This document shows, in pieces, positions 1 through 9,062 of a stretch of 64,000 nt of DNA (position 1 is the stretch's first letter; each line of letters starts with the position of its first letter). Source of the stretch: Suilimivivens sp. (GTDB taxonomy: Bacteria > Bacillota > Clostridia > Lachnospirales > Lachnospiraceae); the NCBI GenBank assembly GCA_051879815.1, contig JBJEMT010000057.1, positions 8,210 through 72,209 on the forward strand. Reading direction: 5' to 3'. The position numbers were made by a program, and so were the translations under genes. Under the pieces are notes generated by a model. That model did not search any database. It saw only the letters and a list, made by a program, of their open reading frames with translations, and was not told the DNA's origin.

Positions 1-784
1 TTCCTTCCACTACTACTTTTCGTCCGAATTTATAGGCGGAATTAATAATCTGCTGTACCCTGTCCACATTGGATGCAAAGGTGGCAATGATGATACGTGT
101 ATTTTTGTGTTCCTCAAAAATAGCGTCAAAGGTTTTTCCGAGAGTTTTCTCCGAAGGCGTAAAACCGGGACGCTCTGCATTCGTAGAATCACACATCAGC
201 GCAAGCACACCTTTTTTTCCTATCTCGGCAAAACGCTGCAGATCGATGGCATCCCCAAATACCGGTGTATAATCCACCTTAAAATCACCTGTATGCACCA
301 CTACGCCTGCCGGTGAATAAATGGCAAGCGCCGCTGCGTCCACAATACTGTGATTTGTTTTAATAAACTCAATCCTCAGTTGTCCGAGATTAATGGACTG
401 ACCGAATTTCACTACTTTACGCTTTACGCTATTTGTAAGGTTATGCTCTTTCAATTTGTTTTCAATCAATCCCATGGTCAGCCTGGTAGCATAAACGGGA
501 ACATTGATTTCTTTCAACACATAAGGAAGGGCACCGATATGGTCCTCATGACCATGGGTGATCATAAAGCCCTTGACCTTATCAATATTATTCTTTAAAT
601 AGGTGATATCCGGAATCACAAGGTCAATCCCCAGCATATCATCCTCCGGAAAAGAAAGACCGCAGTCCACCACAACAATACTGTCTTCATACTCAAAGGC
701 AGTAATGTTCATACCAATCTGTTCCAGCCCGCCAAGTGGAATCACTTTCAGCCTGGAACCTTTGTTTTGTTCAGTTTTTTTCAA
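1..784 (-). CDS. rnj: Ribonuclease J, N-terminal part (runs off window start)
   Basis: Not in ORF track. Manual translation from TTG at 784 (RBS GGAGG upstream) gives MKKTEQNKGSRLKVIPLGGLEQIGMNITAFEYEDSIVVVDCGLSFPEDDMLGIDLVIPD..., with the metallo-beta-lactamase THGHEDH motif. Confidence 0.95.
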   Translation of the reverse strand, partial: MKKTEQNKGSRLKVIPLGGLEQIGMNITAFEYEDSIVVVDCGLSFPEDDMLGIDLVIPDITYLKNNIDKVKGFMITHGHEDHIGALPYVLKEINVPVYATRLTMGLIENKLKEHNLTNSVKRKVVKFGQSINLGQLRIEFIKTNHSIVDAAALAIYSPAGVVVHTGDFKVDYTPVFGDAIDLQRFAEIGKKGVLALMCDSTNAERPGFTPSEKTLGKTFDAIFEEHKNTRIIIATFASNVDRVQQIINSAYKFGRKVVVEG

Positions 785-950
785 TCAATTTACCTCCACA
801 TCTTCACAATAACTGTAGAGCTTTCCTCCATGGCAGATAATCATACAAAGTAATGACGTTAAATACGTTTTCCTTCTTCCGCATGCACAACGTACAAAAC
901 TATCATTAACGGATTATCTGTCATACAAATTCAGTTCGACAGTGACTGTA

Positions 951-1208
951 TTATTTTTCAATTTCAATATCATCAAGCAGGTTTTCAAAAACGGCTGCTA
1001 CCGCAGACAGTTCCGCATCATCCTCTACGATCTCGTAGATACTTTCAGCATCTTTTCCCTCAGAGATTTCCTTTAAAATAAGGGCTTCAGAATCTCCGTC
1101 TTCCTCTTCGGCAACCAGGATATAGTTTCTGCCTCCTATTGTTGTCTGTTCCAGTACATAAAACCAGGCCGTTTGGGCCCCTTCCAGAGCAAATGCTATT
1201 TTTTCCAA
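951..1208 (-). CDS. DUF1292 family small acidic protein
   Basis: 85 aa acidic protein; conserved position after ruvX in Firmicutes. Confidence 0.8.
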   Translation of the reverse strand: MEKIAFALEGAQTAWFYVLEQTTIGGRNYILVAEEEDGDSEALILKEISEGKDAESIYEIVEDDAELSAVAAVFENLLDDIEIEK

Positions 1209-1210
1209 AT

Positions 1211-1651
1211 CTATACCTCTTCCTGTTCTTTCATGCTTCGCATATCAAGATAGCCCTGCAGGATAAATACCGCCGCTATTTTGTCCACATATTCCTTCCT
1301 GTTCTCTCTGCGGATACCGGCCTCCATCATGGCCTTGTCAGCGGCAACTGTAGTCAGTCTCTCATCCCACGTATGAATGGGAAGGCCTGTACGTCTCTCC
1401 AGCTTTTCCTTGAATTCAAGAGTAAGTTCCGCTCTCACACCCAGCGTATCATTCATGTTCTTTGGAAGGCCAAGTACGATTTCCTCTACCTGATACTCCA
1501 AGATCAGTTCTTCAATCCTGGCCAGCGTCTGACGTAATTTGTTCTCGTCTTTTCTTCTGATAATTTCTATTCCCTGAGCGGTAATGAGCATGGGATCACT
1601 GATTGCCACGCCCACTGTTTTCGCTCCGAAATCCAGACCCATTATTCTCAT
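1211..1651 (-). CDS. ruvX: Holliday junction resolvase-like / pre-16S rRNA nuclease (YqgF/RuvX)
   Basis: [29 protein letters not shown] and VDKIAA..ILQ motifs. Confidence 0.95.
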   Translation of the reverse strand: MRIMGLDFGAKTVGVAISDPMLITAQGIEIIRRKDENKLRQTLARIEELILEYQVEEIVLGLPKNMNDTLGVRAELTLEFKEKLERRTGLPIHTWDERLTTVAADKAMMEAGIRRENRKEYVDKIAAVFILQGYLDMRSMKEQEEV

Positions 1652-1657
1652 ATAATA

Positions 1658-1918
1658 TTATTCCCAGTGATTATTCTTAATGTACTCCGTCAGCAGTTCT
1701 TCCACCAGCTCATCTCTTTCCACCTTCATGATCAGGCTTCTGGCATTCCGATGACTTGTAATATAAGTAGGATCTCCGGACATAATATATCCTACAATCT
1801 GATTAACAGGATTATATCCCTTCTCTGTCAATGCCTGATAAACCTCTGTAAGAGTCTTTTTTATTGTATTATTATCGGTTTCAACCTTAAAAAATTGTGT
1901 ATTTCCCAAATCCTGCAT
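1658..1918 (-). CDS. ireB: IreB/ReoM (UPF0297) regulatory phosphoprotein
   Basis: [26 protein letters not shown]...ARSLI signature; ATG at 1918 preferred over the track's longer start. Confidence 0.92.
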   Translation of the reverse strand: MQDLGNTQFFKVETDNNTIKKTLTEVYQALTEKGYNPVNQIVGYIMSGDPTYITSHRNARSLIMKVERDELVEELLTEYIKNNHWE

Positions 1919-1997
1919 AAATTGCACCCCTATTTCGTCTAGCCCTATTAGCTTTTATCTTACCCCATTTTATCATAAAATTCAATGGTATTTAACT

Positions 1998-3398
1998 CTA
2001 AGTCATTTCTCTTTCAAAAAGCAGAATATCCGGTTGTATAAAATCAATATATTTTCCCCTGATCATTTGGCCTGAAAGCTTCTCGTCAGAGAGCATTGCC
2101 GCCTGAATATACTCTTTACTATGACCTATCTGATACCGCTTTCCGTCAATTTCCTTTTCTTCCTCGAAAAGAATGGTTGTTTCTTTATGTAAATGCTCTT
2201 CCCTGTATTTAAGAGACATTTCCTGTTCCAGCGCAATCAGTTCGTCACTTCTTTCAGCCTTGATGCTTTCCGGAATCTGATCCTCCATGGCAGATGCCAC
2301 AGTTCCCTGACGCCTGGAATATTTGAAAATATGCATTTCATAAAAGCCGGTTTTTCTGAGAAAGGCTTTTGTAATAGCAAATTCCTCTTCTGTTTCTCCC
2401 GGAAATCCCACAATTACATCAGTGGTAACAGCAGGATGAGCAAAAAAACTTCGAAGAATACATACCTTTTCATAGTATTCTCCTGAAGTGTATTTTCTAT
2501 TCATCCTTTTTAACACACTGTCGCATCCGCTCTGCAAAGAAAGATGAAAATGCGGGCAGAATTTGGGAAGCCGGGAAAGACCTTCTGCAAATTCTTCCGT
2601 AATAATCCTGGGTTCCAGCGAGCCCAGTCTGATCCGCTCAATACCCTCAATCTCATGAATCTTCCGAATCAGGGATAACAGCCTTTCATAAGGAAAGCTC
2701 TCCCCTGTCTTTATATTATCAATCTTATCAAAATCAAGTCCGTAGGAACTGATATGGATTCCTGTAAGTACAACTTCTTTATATCCGTTCTGTGCGAGAT
2801 TTCTTACCTCTTCAAGAATTTCTCCTTCCTGCCGGCTCCTTACCCTTCCTCTTGCATAAGGGATAATACAATAAGAACAGAACTGATTGCAGCCATCCTG
2901 AATTTTGATGAAGGCGCGGGTATGCTCCGCCGTATGCTTTAACATCATAGACTCATATTCGTCTGTATGGTTAATGTCAATCACCGATTTTCCATTCAGC
3001 GTTTTTTCATCTGCTGTATCTTTTTTCTTTTGTTTTTCACGCTCTGCAAGGAATTCCTCCAGAATAGGGATTAAATCCTTTTTCCTGTTATTTCCAACAG
3101 CCAGATCAATACAGGTATCCTTCAGTACCGCATCTTTACCGGTCTGTACATAACATCCAACTGCCACTACTACGGCATCCGGATTCCGTTTTTTGGCGCG
3201 ATGAAGCATCTGCCTGCTCTTTCTGTCCGCAATATTGGTTACAGTACAGGTATTTATAATGTAAATGTCCGCTTCTTGATCAAAAGGTACAATTTTATAG
3301 CCTTTTTCTTGTAACATTTGTTGCATAACGTCCATTTCATATCCGTTTACTTTGCATCCAAGGTTATGTAATGCTACACTTTTCATGTTATTCTCCAT
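1998..3398 (-). CDS. mtaB: tRNA t6A37 methylthiotransferase MtaB (radical SAM)
   Basis: LGCKVNGYE, NTCTVT, CNQFCSYC (CxxxCxxC), HFHLSLQSG. Confidence 0.93.
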   Translation of the reverse strand: MENNMKSVALHNLGCKVNGYEMDVMQQMLQEKGYKIVPFDQEADIYIINTCTVTNIADRKSRQMLHRAKKRNPDAVVVAVGCYVQTGKDAVLKDTCIDLAVGNNRKKDLIPILEEFLAEREKQKKKDTADEKTLNGKSVIDINHTDEYESMMLKHTAEHTRAFIKIQDGCNQFCSYCIIPYARGRVRSRQEGEILEEVRNLAQNGYKEVVLTGIHISSYGLDFDKIDNIKTGESFPYERLLSLIRKIHEIEGIERIRLGSLEPRIITEEFAEGLSRLPKFCPHFHLSLQSGCDSVLKRMNRKYTSGEYYEKVCILRSFFAHPAVTTDVIVGFPGETEEEFAITKAFLRKTGFYEMHIFKYSRRQGTVASAMEDQIPESIKAERSDELIALEQEMSLKYREEHLHKETTILFEEEKEIDGKRYQIGHSKEYIQAAMLSDEKLSGQMIRGKYIDFIQPDILLFEREMT

Positions 3399-3419
3399 TT
3401 TTTTTGTGTTGTTTTATCA

Positions 3420-3448
3420 TTGACTTTTTTTTCCTTAACATTTACTAT
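3420..3448 (+). promoter_or_regulatory. Sigma-A promoter of the HPr-like gene
   Basis: TTGACT-17nt-TACTAT. Confidence 0.6.
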
Positions 3449-3488
3449 AGTAGCATGAAGGTATGAAAAAATTAAGGAGGTAATTACA

Positions 3489-3719
3489 ATGAAAACAGTA
3501 CAGATTTCATTAAATTCTATCGACAAGGTAAAATCTTTTGTAAATGATATTACAAAATTCGATTATGACTTTGATTTAGTTTCCGGAAGATACGTAATTG
3601 ATGCTAAATCCATTATGGGTATCTTTTCCTTAGACTTATCCAAGCCTATCGATTTAAATATCCACGCAGAAGACAACGTTGATGACGTATTAGAGACTTT
3701 AAAGCCTTACATGATTTAA
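3489..3719 (+). CDS. HPr-family phosphocarrier-like protein lacking His15
   Basis: VIDAKSIMG (Ser46-type motif); no GLHARP motif; RBS AAGGAGG. Confidence 0.85.
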   Translation: MKTVQISLNSIDKVKSFVNDITKFDYDFDLVSGRYVIDAKSIMGIFSLDLSKPIDLNIHAEDNVDDVLETLKPYMI

Positions 3720-3773
3720 TTTAATGAGTAATCCGGAAGGATGGTAACATTCTTCCCCATTATCAGGATTTTT

Positions 3774-3805
3774 AAACGGCACATTCAAGAGGATGTGCCG
3801 TTTTT
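3774..3805. terminator. Bidirectional intrinsic terminator between the HPr-like gene and thiI
   Basis: AAACGGCACATTC-AAGA-GGATGTGCCGTTTTT. Confidence 0.8.
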
Positions 3806-3813
3806 ATGTTATC

Positions 3814-5001
3814 TTATCCTTCGTAATTTACTACGATCACTTCATCTGTATCAAGCGCCGTCTGTACCAGTTCGTCTATTTTTTCATTCAGATTCTGCTC
3901 ATGCCTCTTGATAATGTTCAGATTCGGCTTTGTTACCGGATGCTTTGCCACAAAAATGGTACAGCAGTCCTCATACGGCAAAATGGAAGTCTCATAGGTT
4001 CCGATCTTCTCAGAAACATCCACAATCTCCATCTTATCGAATCCAATCAGAGGACGAAATACCGGAAGAGTACAAACTTCATTTGTCACCGCCAGGGACT
4101 GAACGGTCTGGGATGCAACCTGTCCGATGCTTTCACCGGTAATCAGTCCAAGGCACTCGGTATCTTTCGCAATTTTTTCTGCGATTTTCATCATATAACG
4201 TCTCATAATAATAGTCAGTTCATCATGAGGGCACTTTTCATAGATATAAAGCTGGATATCTGTAAAATTGATCACATGCAGATAAATCGGTCCGGCATAT
4301 CTGGAAACCTGCTTTGCCAGATCCACTACCTTCTGCTTGGCCCGGTCACTGGTATATGGCGGCGCATGAAAATAAACCGCATCAATCTTAACCCCTCTCT
4401 TGGCAATCATATAACCTGCCACGGGAGAGTCAATTCCACCCGATAAAAGGAGCATGGCTTTTCCGTTACTGCCAACAGGCATACCTCCCGGCCCCGGAAT
4501 AATCTCAGAATAGATATAAATCTTCTCCCTGATTTCAATATTTAAAAGCACATCCGGTTTATGCACATCTACGGTAAGAAACGGGAATGCATCCAGAATC
4601 ACACCGCCAAGTTCCACATTCAGTTCCATGGAATTCATGGGATAATTCTTTCGAGAGCGCCTTGCCTGTACCTTAAAGCTGAAATTCTTTTCCGGATAGA
4701 CATCATCCATATACTTCACGATATCTTCCGAAAGCTTTTCAAAACCTTCATCTTCAACGTGAACAACCGGACAGATTCCCGAGATGCCAAACACAGTCTT
4801 TAAGTTGTCCACTGTTTCATCAAAATCAAAGTCGGACAAAGCTTCCACATAAATTCTTCCCGGGGTGCGTGTTACCTCGAATTTTCCCACGCAGCGTTTC
4901 AGGGCATATTTAATCTGTTTTACCAGTGCTTCCTCAAACAGATACCTGTTCTTTCCTTTCACACCGATTTCCGCATATTTAATCAAAAAAGCTGTAAACA
5001 T
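3814..5001 (-). CDS. thiI: tRNA 4-thiouridine synthase ThiI (no rhodanese domain)
   Basis: THUMP domain, LLSGGIDSPVA PP-loop, TGESIGQVASQT, PYEDCC. Confidence 0.95.
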   Translation of the reverse strand: MFTAFLIKYAEIGVKGKNRYLFEEALVKQIKYALKRCVGKFEVTRTPGRIYVEALSDFDFDETVDNLKTVFGISGICPVVHVEDEGFEKLSEDIVKYMDDVYPEKNFSFKVQARRSRKNYPMNSMELNVELGGVILDAFPFLTVDVHKPDVLLNIEIREKIYIYSEIIPGPGGMPVGSNGKAMLLLSGGIDSPVAGYMIAKRGVKIDAVYFHAPPYTSDRAKQKVVDLAKQVSRYAGPIYLHVINFTDIQLYIYEKCPHDELTIIMRRYMMKIAEKIAKDTECLGLITGESIGQVASQTVQSLAVTNEVCTLPVFRPLIGFDKMEIVDVSEKIGTYETSILPYEDCCTIFVAKHPVTKPNLNIIKRHEQNLNEKIDELVQTALDTDEVIVVNYEG

Positions 5002-5023
5002 GTATTTTCTCTCCTTTTACTTC

Positions 5024-5136
5024 GCAGCGCCTCACTCGCAGTTCCCTGCTCGTTCGCGGGCTTTCGCCCTATAAAGAACCCGCCTGACAAAATCTCCTGC
5101 AAGCAGGGATTTTGTCATTCGTGTTCTTTGCGCTGC
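5024..5136. repeat. REP-like multi-hairpin intergenic element
   Basis: Nested inverted repeats GCAGCGC/GCGCTGC, AAAGAAC/GTTCTTT, TGACAAAATC/GATTTTGTCA, CCTGC-AA-GCAGG, plus GGGC-TTTC-GCCC. Confidence 0.65.
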
Positions 5137-6294
5137 TCATTGCTTTCGCGTATATCTTCTAAGCATAGGAATTATATCATATAGTGTCTGTAAAGTGTAG
5201 TCAATTTCGTCGTGGGTGGTGAAAACAGAAAAGCTGAATCGGATGGTAGAACCAAGCAGTTCCTTCTCTATTCCCATAGCCTGCAGGGTTGCGGAAGGCT
5301 GCGGTTTATGGGCGGAGCATGCACTTCCGGCTGAGACATAAACTCCCTTATCCTCCAGGGCATGCAGTAAGACCTCGCTTCGAACGCCCCGGAAAGAAAC
5401 ACTCACTACATGGGGAGCCCCATCTCTGCCGGGATGACCGTTCACAACAATATCAGGTATCTTCTGCACGCCTTCCACAAAAGCAGCCTTCAACCTGTAA
5501 AGCTTTTCAATCTCTTCGTCCAGATCACTGTATATCATTTCTATGGCTTTGGCAAGACCGGCAATTGCCGGCACGTTTTCAGTACCGGAGCGAATACCGT
5601 TCTGCTGTCCGCCTCCATAAACGATAGGTTTAATCTTCACTTTTTCATCCACATACAAAAAGCCGATTCCTTTTGGCCCGTGAATCTTGTGACCGCTTAC
5701 CGATAACAGGTCAATATTCATTTTTTTCGGAAGTATCCTGAATTTACCGTATCCCTGAACCGCATCCACATGAAACAGAATTCGGGGATTCATTCTCTTA
5801 ATCAAAGCCCCTGCTTCTTCGATGGGCATCAGAGAGCCCACTTCATTATTTGTATGCATAATGGAAACCAGTATGGTTTCTCCTGTGATCGCTCGTTGTA
5901 AATCCTCCAGACGGATACAGCCCTTTTTGTCTACCGGAAGATAAGTGACACGGAAGCCCTCTTCCTCAAGCTGCTTCATAGTCTGCAAAATGGCAGGATG
6001 TTCAATCTGCGTCGTGATCAGATGTCTTCCTGCCCGACAATTGGCATAGGCACATCCTCTCAGCGCCAGATTATCCGATTCTGTTCCACCAGAGGTAAAA
6101 TAAATCTCTTTTTCCTTTACTTTCAGGTTTTTCGCGATGGTTTCTTTGGCATAACGGATATACTGCTCCGCCTGCACACCCTTTCTATGCAGACTGGAGG
6201 GATTCCCGTAATCCTCACACATAACCCTTGTCATCAGAGCAGCCACTTCATCAAAGCATCTGGTAGTGGCAGAATTATCTAAATAAACCTCCAT
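5137..6294 (-). CDS. iscS: Cysteine desulfurase (IscS/NifZ type, partner of ThiI)
   Basis: YLDNSATT, TSGGTESDN, HVDAVQ, SGHKIHGPKG, SAGSACS. Confidence 0.93.
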   Translation of the reverse strand: MEVYLDNSATTRCFDEVAALMTRVMCEDYGNPSSLHRKGVQAEQYIRYAKETIAKNLKVKEKEIYFTSGGTESDNLALRGCAYANCRAGRHLITTQIEHPAILQTMKQLEEEGFRVTYLPVDKKGCIRLEDLQRAITGETILVSIMHTNNEVGSLMPIEEAGALIKRMNPRILFHVDAVQGYGKFRILPKKMNIDLLSVSGHKIHGPKGIGFLYVDEKVKIKPIVYGGGQQNGIRSGTENVPAIAGLAKAIEMIYSDLDEEIEKLYRLKAAFVEGVQKIPDIVVNGHPGRDGAPHVVSVSFRGVRSEVLLHALEDKGVYVSAGSACSAHKPQPSATLQAMGIEKELLGSTIRFSFSVFTTHDEIDYTLQTLYDIIPMLRRYTRKQ

Positions 6295-6336
6295 AATATC
6301 ACCAGTCTTTCTAATGTACTACAATATTTTATGCTT

Positions 6337-7077
6337 TCAGCCTTCAAGCTGATACATGATCCATGACAATACCGTCATTCCGGCAGTCTCCGTACGAAGG
6401 ATGCGTTTTCCCAGCGTAACAGGAACAATTCCCTCCTCCATGGCTTCTTTTACTTCTGCTTCCTCAAAACCGCCCTCCGGTCCAATGAAGACTGCTATAT
6501 CCTCAGAAGGCTTCAAGCTCCCTATTATTTTTTTCGTCTCATCCATTCCCTTTGCAAGCTCATAGGGGATAATCCTTACACATGCTTTACGGCTGTATGC
6601 AATCGCTTCTTTCATGGTCATCACATCTTTGATTTCGGGAATGATACCCCGTTTGCTCTGCTTGGCAGCCGCTTCTGCAATTCCCTGCCATCTTGCGATT
6701 TTATTTTTTGCCTTCTTTTCATCCAGTCTGACTACCGCACGCTTGCAGGCAACCGGAATCACCTCATAAGCTCCAAGTTCTACTGCTTTCTGGATGATAA
6801 ACTCCATTTTATCTGCCTTGGGAAGCCCCTGAAACAAATAAACCTTAGACGGAAGTTCCAATCCCTCTTCCTTTATAAAACGAAGGGTACAGACAATTTC
6901 ATCTTCAAAAAATTCTTCAATACCGCAGCGATACTCTTTTCCATCAACACCATTACTGACAGAAATTTCTTCGCCTTTCTTCATGCGCAGCACATTCTTA
7001 ATATGATTCACATCTTTTCCTGTAATCGTAATCCGTGTCCCTTGGATCTGACCGGGTTCTACAAAAAACTGATACAT
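6337..7077 (-). CDS. rsmE: 16S rRNA m3U1498 methyltransferase
   Basis: HIKNVLR, QKAVELG, IGPEGGF, LGKRILRTETA. Confidence 0.96.
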   Translation of the reverse strand: MYQFFVEPGQIQGTRITITGKDVNHIKNVLRMKKGEEISVSNGVDGKEYRCGIEEFFEDEIVCTLRFIKEEGLELPSKVYLFQGLPKADKMEFIIQKAVELGAYEVIPVACKRAVVRLDEKKAKNKIARWQGIAEAAAKQSKRGIIPEIKDVMTMKEAIAYSRKACVRIIPYELAKGMDETKKIIGSLKPSEDIAVFIGPEGGFEEAEVKEAMEEGIVPVTLGKRILRTETAGMTVLSWIMYQLEG

Positions 7078-7121
7078 TTCTTTCTCCTTTTACGGGAAAC
7101 TGATTCTGTTGCACGTCTTTC

Positions 7122-8111
7122 TCACGCAGGCTTTTTTGCCGTGACGGAAACCCATTCGCCCTGATAAGTTACCTCAAGTATCTCTAAGCCTGCTGCCTTG
7201 ACAGCTTCTACTACCGTCTGCTCTTTGTCGTCAATGATACCGGAGGTAATATAAATACCTCCCGCCTTCAACTGATGCAAAATCACGGGTGTCAATGGCA
7301 CAAGAACATCTGCCAGAATATTGGCTACCACAATGTCATAACAATCATAGCCCACCTGTTCCTGAATTTCCTTCTCTGTGATAATATTGCCGATGATCAA
7401 TTCAAAGGCTTCATCGGGAATACCGTTTACTTCTTTGTTTTCTCTTACCGCCTCAATGGCACAGGGGTCAAGATCGGTTCCCACAGCCTTTTTCGCACCA
7501 AACATAATAGACAGAATAGCCAGGATACCGCTGCCGGTTCCCACATCAAGAAGCTTCGTATCGGGAGTGATAAACTTGCGCAGCTGCCTGATACAAAGCT
7601 GAGTGGTATCATGCATTCCTGTTCCAAAAGCAGTACCGGGATCAATATGAAGAATCATCTTGTCCTGATCTTCCGGCTTTACTTCCTCCCAGGAAGGGAT
7701 AACCAACACATCATCTATGGTAAACTGGTGGAAATACTGCTTCCAGTTATTGATCCAGTCAATATCCTCTGTTTCATCAATCACAATACTTCCTTCCCCG
7801 ATATCCATAAAGGAACGAAGGTCTTCCAATTCCTTTTTAACTTCTTCCAAAATCTGCTCCGAAGTCTTTTTCTCCCCTGCCACTTCCAGGGAACCGTCTT
7901 CTTTTTCCTCCACAAAAAAGCTGAGGTATGCAATTCCGTCATCTTCCGGTCCGTCCGGCAGGATATCTACAAACATCTGCTCCTTTTCTGCTGCAGTCAG
8001 CGGAATCTTATCTTCAATCTGTGCACCTTCCAGACCGATATCATAGAGTGTGCTGATAATAATATCCTCCGCTTCTGTGATTGTTTTTATCTTAAATTTG
8101 AGCCACTTCAT
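7122..8111 (-). CDS. prmA: Ribosomal protein L11 methyltransferase
   Basis: DWINNWKQYF, IDPGTAFGTG, LDVGTGSGIL, ANILA; real start MKWLK at 8111. Confidence 0.95.
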   Translation of the reverse strand: MKWLKFKIKTITEAEDIIISTLYDIGLEGAQIEDKIPLTAAEKEQMFVDILPDGPEDDGIAYLSFFVEEKEDGSLEVAGEKKTSEQILEEVKKELEDLRSFMDIGEGSIVIDETEDIDWINNWKQYFHQFTIDDVLVIPSWEEVKPEDQDKMILHIDPGTAFGTGMHDTTQLCIRQLRKFITPDTKLLDVGTGSGILAILSIMFGAKKAVGTDLDPCAIEAVRENKEVNGIPDEAFELIIGNIITEKEIQEQVGYDCYDIVVANILADVLVPLTPVILHQLKAGGIYITSGIIDDKEQTVVEAVKAAGLEILEVTYQGEWVSVTAKKPA

Positions 8112-8234
8112 GGTTTGTGTCCTTTCTTTTCTGAACATTGTATGATTGACCGTGGAACATTTACATATTATCATAGAAATGGATTTGGTGCTATAATAAA
8201 TTACATATGAACTGCGGTGAAAGGACATTGTAAA

Positions 8235-9059
8235 ATGATACAGGATATTTACCCAAGAGTTTATCATAATGAATATAAAGATATCTTACCGGAAGAAAAT
8301 GATTTTATTCTGGTATTTCAGAAAAATACCACCCTGATCAGATACCAGAATGATAAGTTACGTTATCCCACCCTTAGGGAAATTGAGAATTATGAATGTA
8401 CTTATCATTATCTTTTTTCCATTGACAATTACAGATACTTTCTGGCTTATTCTGAATCGTTCATTGAACTTCCGGGATATTCTTATGAGGATGTCCGCAT
8501 ATTCAGAACAGCAAATTCCAGACATACGGCTTTCGCCGGAATTACAGGGCACCATCTTTTTAACTGGTATCAGACCAATCAATTCTGCGGGCGCTGCGGT
8601 CAGAAAATGGTTCCTGACCACAAGGAGCGCATGCTCTTTTGCCCCGATTGCCACAACATGGTTTATCCCAGAATTTCCCCGGCAGTCATTGTAGGGATAT
8701 TGAACGGCAACAAGATCCTGATGAGCAAATATGCGGGACGCTCTTATACAAATTATGCCCTGATTGCAGGCTTTACGGAAATCGGTGAAAGTGCCGAGCA
8801 GACTGTAGCAAGAGAAGTCATGGAAGAAGTAGGATTAAAGGTCAAAAATATCCGCTACTATAAAAGCCAGCCCTGGGCTTTTTCCGGCAGTCTCCTGATG
8901 GGATTTTTCTGTGACCTTGACGGTTCCGATGAAATTAAGCTGGATACCAGCGAACTTGCACAGGCAGGCTGGTTCTCTCCTGACGAAATCCATCTGGAAG
9001 ATGACCATGTGAGCCTTACAAGAGAAATGATCATGCAGTTTAAGAAAGGACGGAGATAA
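8235..9059 (+). CDS. nudC: NAD(H) diphosphatase NudC (Nudix, zinc ribbon)
   Basis: FCGRCG...CPDC...YPR, Nudix box GFTEIGESAEQTVAREVMEEVG, SQPW motif. Confidence 0.92.
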   Translation: MIQDIYPRVYHNEYKDILPEENDFILVFQKNTTLIRYQNDKLRYPTLREIENYECTYHYLFSIDNYRYFLAYSESFIELPGYSYEDVRIFRTANSRHTAFAGITGHHLFNWYQTNQFCGRCGQKMVPDHKERMLFCPDCHNMVYPRISPAVIVGILNGNKILMSKYAGRSYTNYALIAGFTEIGESAEQTVAREVMEEVGLKVKNIRYYKSQPWAFSGSLLMGFFCDLDGSDEIKLDTSELAQAGWFSPDEIHLEDDHVSLTREMIMQFKKGRR

Positions 9060-9062
9060 ATT

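Noticed and set aside
7275-8210. 311-aa plus-strand ORF
   Set aside because: Antisense shadow of prmA; no recognisable motifs
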